From Cupriavidus necator (GTDB taxonomy: Bacteria > Pseudomonadota > Gammaproteobacteria > Burkholderiales > Burkholderiaceae): a stretch of 32,000 nucleotides of DNA. Shown here piece by piece: positions 16,706-23,601 of this stretch (within the stretch, counting starts at the first letter, position 1; each line of letters opens with the position of its first letter). The notes under the pieces are model-generated. The model had not been told where the DNA came from, searched no databases, and worked only from the letters and a program-made list of their open reading frames with translations. The stretch spans positions 2,850,001 to 2,882,000 of the forward strand of contig NZ_CP066018.1 of the NCBI RefSeq assembly GCF_016127575.1, in the 5' to 3' direction. The position numbers were made by a program, and so were the translations under genes.

Positions 16706-16858
16706 GTGCAGGGCAAGCGCACTGAACATGCAGTGTACCTGCCGGTTTCATGCCCTGATATTGCAGTGATAGTGCAGTCAGGGTGCAGTGAGCGTGCACT
16801 GAGGGTGCAGCAAAAGTGCAGCAAGGTGCCGTGAGGGCGCAGTGATAGTGGCGGGAAA
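16706..16858 (+). repeat. array of 14 phased ~11-bp repeats (consensus about GTGCAGTGAGG), iteron- or centromere-like
   Basis: NTGC cores start at 16706, 16717, 16728, 16739, 16750, 16761, 16772, 16783, 16794, 16805, 16816, 16826, 16837 and 16848. Spacing is 11 bp except one 10-bp step. The central units are near-perfect: gtgcagtcagg, gtgcagtgagc, gtgcactgagg, gtgcagcaaaa. Confidence 0.85.
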
Positions 16859-16920
16859 CAGAGTCATCAGCAAGGTGTGAACGCCGGCGTTATTTCTTCT
16901 TGGTCAGCTCGTGCCTACGC

Positions 16921-17049
16921 ATGGCAAACCAGCAGCTGCGGTGGGCAAGTGGGGGCAAGCGGTGGGCGGCGCGTGGTCAACCCGGTAGGGTTGTCCATCG
17001 CCGTCCACGGTTTGTCCACACGCTGGCGCGTCAGCGCCATGTCCACGGC
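16921..17049 (+). repeat. imperfect direct repeat of about 125 bp, copy B
   Basis: Partner of 16561-16681, with hairpin caaccc-ggta-gggttg at 16978-16993. It contains ttgtccaca (17012-17020), one mismatch from the DnaA-box consensus TTATCCACA. Confidence 0.7.
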
Positions 17050-17158
17050 AGGCTCCCCCAAAAAAACCGTGCTCACCCTGGTGGTGCCCCGATTTATGCG
17101 TTCATGTATGCCGCATACCCATCGCGCGGATGCACGTTACCAAGTAGAGGTCTCGTGG

Positions 17159-17173
17159 GGTGATTTAGTCGCG
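17159..17173 (+). repeat. 15-bp motif GGTGATYTRGTCGCG, copy 3
   Basis: ggtgatttagtcgcg. A degenerate fourth copy, gggatgctggtcgcg, lies at 17185-17199. The site is about 250 nt upstream of the relaxase start. Confidence 0.8.
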
Positions 17174-17289
17174 GTGGCTGGCCGGGGATGCTGGTCGCGG
17201 AGAAAGACGGCATCGGTCCGCCGGCGGAAGTCGTTGGCGCGCGCGGAGGCGAAGGAGGTTGCATGCTGATGGTGGTTGTCGGGAGGGTC

Positions 17290-17358
17290 CTTGGGAGGGT
17301 GCCCCTCCCAAGCGCGATTCCTCGTTTGAATGGCTTGCTTCGCACTCCATTCAAACGA
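17290..17358 (+). promoter_or_regulatory. candidate oriT region: two strong inverted repeats just upstream of the relaxase gene
   Basis: IR-1 is cttgggaggg (17290-99) / ccctcccaag (17303-12). IR-2 is tcgtttgaatgg (17322-33) / ccattcaaacga (17347-58) with a 13-nt loop. MOBQ oriTs usually lie next to the relaxase gene and carry an IR beside nic. Confidence 0.35.
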
Positions 17359-17422
17359 CCGCGGTCAGGGCCATGCCCCGACACCCCGATACATGTCTTC
17401 CTCCCACGCGCTCTGACAGAAC

Positions 17423-18898
17423 ATGGCATCCCCTCACGTATCCTTTAAGCGTGGCAAAGTTGGCAACGGTGCCGCGCACGCCGCCTACGTGAGGGGTGAG
17501 GGAAAGTATGCCGACCGCGACGATGTGCGGGCAGTGGTCGATGGCAACCTGCCTGCCTGGGCGTGCGGCGACGCATATAAGTTCTTCGCGGCGGCGGACG
17601 CCAATGAGCGCAAGAACGGGCGCGCATATCTCGAGGTCGAGGCCGCCATCCCGCGCGAAGCCGCGGATCCGATTGCCTGGGCGCGCGAGTTCACCCAATC
17701 GCTGCTGGGTGACCGCTTTGCCTACCGGCTCGCCGTGCATGACCGGCAGGCCGGCGACGGCGGGCGGAATGTCCACCTGCACCTGATGTTTTCGGACCGC
17801 CCGACCGATGGCGAGCACTTCGACGCGAAGCGTTTTTTCAAACGGAACGGCTCCATGAAGGACCGCAGCTGGAACAAGCGTGACATGGTGCTCGAGGTGC
17901 GGTGGCTATTTGCCAAGCACGTTCGTGAAGTTGTGCCTGGCTGGGAGCCGCCCGCGCCGGCGAAGCCGGAACCGAAGATTGGTCCCGCCTTGCCCAAGGC
18001 CGGCACGCTGTACCACCAGGTCCGCACGGCGCGCCTGGCGGAGGTGGAGCAGATCCGCATTGAGCGTCGGCAGGAGGCCGAGCGCGAGAAGATCCGAGAC
18101 GACCTCGCCGAAGCCACCAAGGATCTGTGCATCCCGTGGGAAGTGGATTTGCCCCAGCTCGAACGTCGGCTCAATGCCCTGCTGACGATGCCGCTGCAGC
18201 TTGGCCAGCAGGCCGAGCTGCAGGAGCTGCGCCGCAAGGCTGAGCTGGAGCGTCGTCGCAGGGAGGCGCGGGCGCGCCAGAAGGCCCGGGAATTGGAAAA
18301 TGCGGCCCAGCACGGCTGCGTCAGGGACCTGCTGAAGATCGCGCTGTACGCCCGCTATTGCGAGCTGGAGGGGGATTCGGCGGGTGGAAAGCGACTACGT
18401 GCTGAAGTCCAGCGTGAGATGCGCAACACCCCGGCGACTCGGAAGCGCGCGGACTACACGCAGGCGCTGGTCGTTCGCCTGGCAGCAGAGGAATTGCTGC
18501 GCGACGGCTTGATCGGCGAGGGCGTGGCTCACGCCCTTGGTGTCAACGCGAAGCTGGCAAAGTCTCTGGGCCCCAACGGGCTGGCCAAGGAAACCAGCGA
18601 GCACCTTATGGCGTCCATCAAGGCAGCGGAAGTCTCCAATGCTGCCGTGGGCAAGCAGGTCAGGGAGGTGAATCTGGCGCTGAACGCAGCTGCCGCGACA
18701 ATCATGCAGACCATGCCTGGCGACTACAGTGCTGCTGCCAATGCGGCCGGAATCGTTGCGAGTGTGGCAACACAGTTCCGATCGTTCTCTGCCGTCCCGG
18801 CATCAAAGGCTGACGGGCAGCCGGTGGTGAAGGCCTCTGCTGCCGACAAAGGCGCTGGAGCGGCCACCGTGCCGAAACTGCGTGCGTCCAAGCCGTGA
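17423..18898 (+). CDS. mobA: MOBQ-family relaxase (MobA/MobL-like) with coiled-coil C-terminal region
   Basis: The N-terminus AAYVRGEGKYADRDD parallels RSF1010 MobA ADYIQREGKYA (catalytic Tyr context). The histidine triad region is LAVHDRQAGDGGRNVHLHLMFSDR. No primase domain is apparent. Confidence 0.9.
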   Translation: MASPHVSFKRGKVGNGAAHAAYVRGEGKYADRDDVRAVVDGNLPAWACGDAYKFFAAADANERKNGRAYLEVEAAIPREAADPIAWAREFTQSLLGDRFAYRLAVHDRQAGDGGRNVHLHLMFSDRPTDGEHFDAKRFFKRNGSMKDRSWNKRDMVLEVRWLFAKHVREVVPGWEPPAPAKPEPKIGPALPKAGTLYHQVRTARLAEVEQIRIERRQEAEREKIRDDLAEATKDLCIPWEVDLPQLERRLNALLTMPLQLGQQAELQELRRKAELERRRREARARQKARELENAAQHGCVRDLLKIALYARYCELEGDSAGGKRLRAEVQREMRNTPATRKRADYTQALVVRLAAEELLRDGLIGEGVAHALGVNAKLAKSLGPNGLAKETSEHLMASIKAAEVSNAAVGKQVREVNLALNAAAATIMQTMPGDYSAAANAAGIVASVATQFRSFSAVPASKADGQPVVKASAADKGAGAATVPKLRASKP

Positions 18899-19048
18899 TA
18901 CCCGCATGAGCAAATGCAAGTGGCGAAAGCGGAGTATCGGCCCGGGGGAGTGCGACCTCACGTCGATTTCGCGTCGGGCCACTGCGAGTCGGTCATTGCG
19001 ACGCTCCCACGGGCCATTCGTCAAGTTCAAACTACTTCCTACTAATCT

Positions 19049-19756
19049 ATGCAAGTAAGCAGCCCGGTAAAGGCTCTACGCCAAGCCGAAGTGACACCCC
19101 CGCCAGCGCTGGCTGCGGCGATGCCCACGCACCTGTTCGAACGCTTGCGCATGAACCCTATACCGGTCTTGGTCATGGACAGCCCTTCAGCCCACACTCT
19201 GTGGGCCGGGTTCTGCGCTGCGAGCGAATATACCGAGCAAGGCGAAATCGCAATTGGCCGATGCCTTGTGGAGCCAACTGTGCGACAACCACGGCGTTCA
19301 GCGATCCTCAGCACTTATCTCCATGAGGCCGCACACCGTCTTTTGCCTGACCAGCACCATCACAACGCCGCCTTTGGTGCCATGATGCTCGTGTTATATC
19401 TCCGTGCCGGCTCCATTGATGGCGCGGATCTGTGGCAGTCTTCTGGCCTATATGACTACCAGGACGAAGCTGAAAACCTGCCGCAAGGCTTCAATTGGGC
19501 GTGGCGGACGGCAAACGAGCTGGCGACAACAGAACTACCTGCGGAAGAGTGCGCGGAAATCATCGCGCAGCGATATGGCAAATGGCAGGAGTGGTTGGCC
19601 GGCGCGGCGGAACGGAAGCAGGCCCGTTTGGCAAAGGCGCAGGCCAATGCGCAGTACATCGAGAGCCTTAAAGAAACCAGATTCTTGTTGGCCGGCTTGG
19701 GCTTTATGGCTGGGATGTTGGCAGGGGCAATGATCGCCCTGCAGTTTGTCGCATGA
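19049..19756 (+). CDS. HExxH-motif protein with C-terminal TM anchor (putative minimal Zn-metallopeptidase, SprT-like pattern)
   Basis: ILSTYLHEAAHRLLPDQHHHNAAF (HExxH plus downstream His). The C-terminal hydrophobic helix is FLLAGLGFMAGMLAGAMIALQFV. The start codon is uncertain because no clear RBS is present. Confidence 0.45.
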   Translation: MQVSSPVKALRQAEVTPPPALAAAMPTHLFERLRMNPIPVLVMDSPSAHTLWAGFCAASEYTEQGEIAIGRCLVEPTVRQPRRSAILSTYLHEAAHRLLPDQHHHNAAFGAMMLVLYLRAGSIDGADLWQSSGLYDYQDEAENLPQGFNWAWRTANELATTELPAEECAEIIAQRYGKWQEWLAGAAERKQARLAKAQANAQYIESLKETRFLLAGLGFMAGMLAGAMIALQFVA

Positions 19757-19852
19757 AATTGCTTGCGTGGTCTTTTGCATTTCGGGAAGAATTGAGATGC
19801 GTCGATTTCGGGCGAGATCGACTCACCCTATCAAAGTTCAACTTTCGCATGT

Positions 19853-20509
19853 ATGGCCATGTACGAGTCAGTTGGGGCGGTCGATTTTCTTGGCACCGCG
19901 TTGGGTGTTGTCGCACTAAGCGGCACTATTGCCGATGTTTCAGTGGAGACGTCGCATCGAACCCGCGCCACGCGCAATCTGAATCAGCAACTGCGTGACG
20001 TTCAGATAGATACCTATCACACATATTCAGTATGGCTGCGCCTGCGCGACGGTAAGTCTGCAGTACTCAGGCTTGTCAATCCAGGCTTCCCGATTCGTGT
20101 CGGCAATATGGTGACAGCGTACTACGCTGGTCAGGACGGCCAAGATCTGGCAAGTCTGGAACTCGTGGGCTTTGAAGATCGGACGATGGGTAAGGTGTTT
20201 GACATGGCTGGACGAGCCCGACTGCCCCAATCTTCCGGATCGTACATGTTGCGCTTTGCGGTCGTTTCGGCTTTTGGTGCGATCGCGCTGCACTGGCTTG
20301 CGGTTCATGTATTCGTGTTTGTGCTAAGCGCGCCGTTGGCACTGTTTTTAATGAATGGCTGGGTCGACTGGTGGGTCTGTGCAATCCCTGCTGGCATCTG
20401 GTACATGAGCAAGACCGTGCTCCGGGACAAGCGGGTTGCCGAGGGCCGGCGGCGTCTTTTCGACCTGATACGTGGTCAACGCACTTCGCTGGCTGCGCCG
20501 GAGTTCTGA
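19853..20509 (+). CDS. hypothetical multi-pass membrane protein
   Basis: One N-terminal TM and about 3 C-terminal TM helices flank a soluble segment of about 100 aa. No motif was recognised. Confidence 0.45.
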   Translation: MAMYESVGAVDFLGTALGVVALSGTIADVSVETSHRTRATRNLNQQLRDVQIDTYHTYSVWLRLRDGKSAVLRLVNPGFPIRVGNMVTAYYAGQDGQDLASLELVGFEDRTMGKVFDMAGRARLPQSSGSYMLRFAVVSAFGAIALHWLAVHVFVFVLSAPLALFLMNGWVDWWVCAIPAGIWYMSKTVLRDKRVAEGRRRLFDLIRGQRTSLAAPEF

Positions 20510-20541
20510 GGTTGGTAGACTAGGAGGAAAGGAGTACCAGC

Positions 20542-20733
20542 ATGGCAACGAAACTCACCCAATACATCATGAGCGAGCGGTTCCAAGAGGACGTTGGCCG
20601 CGGCATTGAGAAGGCGATTGCGCAGGCCAAGGCTGCTGGATTGCCTCCCGCCGGTGACCAGGTCCTTGCCACGCCGAAGAAGCGGCGCGCTACCATTGTC
20701 TATCTTCCTCCGAGGCCCTCGAGGAAGGAGTAG
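20542..20733 (+). CDS. hypothetical small protein (63 aa)
   Basis: A strong RBS, AGGAGGAAAGGAG, ends 7 nt before the ATG. The C-terminus is basic. No motif was recognised. Confidence 0.45.
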   Translation: MATKLTQYIMSERFQEDVGRGIEKAIAQAKAAGLPPAGDQVLATPKKRRATIVYLPPRPSRKE

Positions 20734-20806
20734 AGGGGGCCTGCCGCAGACTCGAACTGACGGGGTGCGATTCCCGGGTGAGTGCTGCATGGAGCGCATA
20801 GCGAAC

Positions 20807-20825
20807 CTTTCACCCAATCTGGAAT
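20807..20825 (+). repeat. 19-bp perfect direct repeat, copy 1
   Basis: ctttcacccaatctggaat, identical to 21166-21184. Confidence 0.9.
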
Positions 20826-21222
20826 GGCAGTTCACCCAGCTTTGAGGAAGGCATTAGCCGTGGAAAACGGAAGGGATGTCGAGGACGAACTGCTGCTCCG
20901 CTGCGCTGCAACCGGACGCGGACAGGTGACCGTGGCACGCGACCAACGGGAAGCGAACATTTTTCGCCTCGCCGCGGTGGTTATCCAATCTCGCTTTCCC
21001 CTTGAAGCTGAAGGCATCGTTCACGCCAGTGAGCGCTACTTTGCGCGGCATCCCGAGGATATGGTTCCCTCTCCCGAGGTGATGCGGAAGTGCTGGGTTT
21101 CGAGCATGCCTCGGCTGCAGGATATGCTCAGCCGTAAGCTTGGTTGGAGCTGGAATGTTGGAGAGCTTTCACCCAATCTGGAATCGTCGCGGCGGGGGTC
21201 GGCGGGTTCACCCCCCGCCTGA
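20824..21222 (+). CDS. hypothetical protein (132 aa)
   Basis: The ATG 20824 (MAVHPALRK...) within track ORF 20782..21222 was chosen. Its 3' end overlaps the convergent HNH gene by 15 nt. No motif was recognised. Confidence 0.4.
   Translation: MAVHPALRKALAVENGRDVEDELLLRCAATGRGQVTVARDQREANIFRLAAVVIQSRFPLEAEGIVHASERYFARHPEDMVPSPEVMRKCWVSSMPRLQDMLSRKLGWSWNVGELSPNLESSRRGSAGSPPA
21166..21184 (+). repeat. 19-bp perfect direct repeat, copy 2
   Basis: ctttcacccaatctggaat, identical to 20807-20825. Confidence 0.9.
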
Positions 21223-21573
21223 ACGCAGCAGCCTTTCGAAGACCCAGGGGTGGTGCCACCGTCTCCGGCGCATGAGCCGCTCTACATATTCCTTGTGATG
21301 GGCGGCGTCCCGCGCTGCTTTACCTTGGTGTCGGCGGGCATTGCAAAGCCGGCAGGCGGCCACGATGTTGCTTTGGGAGTCCCCACCGCCATCGACTCGG
21401 GCATGTAGATGCTCGGCCGTGCATTGAAGGTGTCGAGCCTGCCGACTGGAGAGATGGAAGGTCGCTGCGAACGCTTCCATGGATTGCTCCCACATGGGGC
21501 AGCAGCAATAGAAGCAACGGCCGGATTGACGATGGAAGGCGCGGGCGCGCAGACGCGCGAGAGTCGAGGGCAT
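21208..21573 (-). CDS. small HNH endonuclease
   Basis: GRCFYCCCPM...CTAEHLHARVDGGGDSQSNIVAACRLCNARRH fits the CxxC...H...N...CxxC HNH zinc-finger pattern. Confidence 0.75.
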   Translation of the reverse strand: MPSTLARLRARAFHRQSGRCFYCCCPMWEQSMEAFAATFHLSSRQARHLQCTAEHLHARVDGGGDSQSNIVAACRLCNARRHQGKAARDAAHHKEYVERLMRRRRWHHPWVFERLLRSGGG

Positions 21574-22100
21574 GAGCGATCCTGTGTACAGGAAGATTTC
21601 GGATACTTCGAAACCCGCTCGCCCTTAACAAGGCATACACGGGAACCAGCCAAGTAGCTCGTGCTGGCACCTCTTCAGCTCCTAGCGAAGACTGACGGGG
21701 AAGAGTGTAGCCTCACATTTTCCTGAGACACAAGGGGAAGGCGCGCCGGCCTTACAAAATCGCAACAATGCGCCCAGTGCGACCGCGCCGCCGCAAACTT
21801 TAATGGCTCTGGGAGGGACGTTGACGCGTCGACAAATGCCGCTCTGTCCAGTCTAAGGCGTCTGAACGCAGGGAAGTCTGATCGCACCCTTGGAACACTA
21901 GGTGGAAACGACGCTAAGTGGGTCGCCACAAGCCAACGAGGAGCTGACCAGTGGAGGTCCCTTGCCGGCCAGAAAGCGACGGCCGGGCCCTCTGACTGAA
22001 TGGCCGAAGCTCTGACACAGCGGACGGGTTCACTATGTGGAGCTTGCCGGACTATCGATAGCGGGTTTCTGTTTCGATTGCTCCAGTCCCGCCCTTCAAG

Positions 22101-22718
22101 TCAACCCAACCTCACCAGATTCAGCGCGGCCAGCGGTCCTCCAGGAAACTGATGCTGTCTTCCGCCCCCGTCGAGCGAACCGAGATCGATGCCGAAGAAC
22201 CCGAGGCGATCGATCAACTTGGCCACCTCGGCTTTGGCGTTCGCATCGTCACCCGACATGAACATCACGCGGCGGCCACCTTCAGCTTGCGGATCGCCGG
22301 CGACCAGCGCGGGCTGCAGGTGATTGAACGCCTTCACGACACGCGCGCCGGGCACCAGGTCTGCAAACACTGCGCTCGACGAGCGGCCATGCAGGTCCGC
22401 GGGGCGAAACAGCGGCGCCTCGATCGGGTTGTTGGCATCGATGACAATGCGCCCGCCAAAGTCCGGCAACCCGGCCAGCGCCTGCGGCAGCTTCGACCAG
22501 TTGACGGCCACCAGCACGATGTCTTGCGCCGCGGCTTGCTCGCGCGTGCCCGGGCGGATCGAAGGCCCGATGGCTTGCACGGCATCCTGCAGCGTTTCAG
22601 GCCCACGGCTGTTGGCCAGCACCGCCTGGATGCCGTGGCGTGCCAGCGCCGTGGCAAACGCCGTGCCGATTGCGCCCGCGCCGATGATGCCAATGGTCTT
22701 TCCGTAGCTTGCTTGCAT
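22101..22718 (-). CDS. NADP-dependent oxidoreductase, F420-reductase (NADP oxidoreductase coenzyme F420-dependent)-like Rossmann protein
   Basis: KTIGIIGAGAIGTAFATALARHG dinucleotide-binding fold; about 205 aa; host-like high GC. Confidence 0.8.
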   Translation of the reverse strand: MQASYGKTIGIIGAGAIGTAFATALARHGIQAVLANSRGPETLQDAVQAIGPSIRPGTREQAAAQDIVLVAVNWSKLPQALAGLPDFGGRIVIDANNPIEAPLFRPADLHGRSSSAVFADLVPGARVVKAFNHLQPALVAGDPQAEGGRRVMFMSGDDANAKAEVAKLIDRLGFFGIDLGSLDGGGRQHQFPGGPLAALNLVRLG

Positions 22719-22732
22719 GACGGTCTCCCGGT

Positions 22733-23485
22733 TCAGGCGGTGAAGCCGCCATCGGCAACGATCTCGGCACCGGTGACGAAGGCTGCGTCCGGACCGGCGA
22801 GGAACGCCACCACGCCGGCAATCTCATGCGGCTGCCCGTATCGTCCCAGGGCAATGCCGGGTCCCACGATCTCGCTGACCGGGCCGCCGGCGGGATTCAT
22901 ATCGGTGTCGGTCGGGCCGGGGTGGACGGTGTTGACCGTGATGCCTTTCGGCCCCAGGTCGCGCACCAGGCTGCGATTGAAGCCTGCGATCGCGCCCTTG
23001 GTCAGCGTGTAGAGCGATGCCGTTGGAAACGCCGCGTAGCGCGCCATCGATGAACCGATGTGAATCACCCGCCCGCCCGTCTTCATATGGCGCACCGCTT
23101 CCTGCGTGGCCACGAATACGCCGGTCACGTTCACCGCAATCATGCGCTCGTAGGTGTCGAACGCGATGTCCTCGATGGCACCGCCCAAGCTCAGGCCGGC
23201 GTTGTTGACGAGGATGTCGAGGCCGCCGAAGGCGTCGACCGTCGCTGCCACGGCCCGGCGCACCGCGGCCGCATCGCCGGCGTCCGCGGCGAGCGCGATG
23301 GCGCGGCCGCCGGCTGCTTCGATCTCGCGCACTACCGTGGCGGCCTTGTCCGCTGAGGCACTGTAGGTCAGCGCTACGGCCGCGCCGTCGGCGGCCAGGC
23401 GGCGGGCGATGGCGGCGCCGATGGAGCGCGATCCGCCGGTAACGAGGGCGATCTTGCCGGCCAGGGGAAGGGTCTGTTGAGTCAT
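22733..23485 (-). CDS. short-chain dehydrogenase/reductase (SDR)
   Basis: LAGKIALVTGGSRSIGAAIARRLA (TGxxxxxG), NNAG, and the YTLTKGAI catalytic YxxxK. Confidence 0.9.
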   Translation of the reverse strand: MTQQTLPLAGKIALVTGGSRSIGAAIARRLAADGAAVALTYSASADKAATVVREIEAAGGRAIALAADAGDAAAVRRAVAATVDAFGGLDILVNNAGLSLGGAIEDIAFDTYERMIAVNVTGVFVATQEAVRHMKTGGRVIHIGSSMARYAAFPTASLYTLTKGAIAGFNRSLVRDLGPKGITVNTVHPGPTDTDMNPAGGPVSEIVGPGIALGRYGQPHEIAGVVAFLAGPDAAFVTGAEIVADGGFTA

Positions 23486-23601
23486 TTCTTTCTCCGTTGG
23501 GGTGAATCACAAGGTGTGAACGGAGTATGGGTGTTCGATTGCGCGATGATTAGTAATGAATGACTGGAATCATCTTCAAGCAATCGTGTAAGCTGAGCCG
23601 G

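Noticed and set aside
16706-16858. Considered whether the repeat array could be a CRISPR array or minisatellite
   Set aside because: The units are contiguous 11-bp repeats with no spacers, far shorter than CRISPR repeats, and no cas genes are nearby. The helical phasing argues for a protein-binding array.
16303-17429. Many 60-160-aa ORFs on both strands in the 1.2-kb region between the Rep-like gene and the relaxase
   Set aside because: They overlap each other in all frames, have no RBS or motifs, and cross the repeat arrays. The region is dominated by phased repeats, hairpins and direct repeats, and is interpreted as an origin/oriT region.
21675-21929. 84-aa minus-strand ORF between the HNH gene and the oxidoreductase
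   Set aside because: It has no RBS, no motifs, and Arg/Ser/Pro-rich composition. The 21574-22100 segment was left unannotated.
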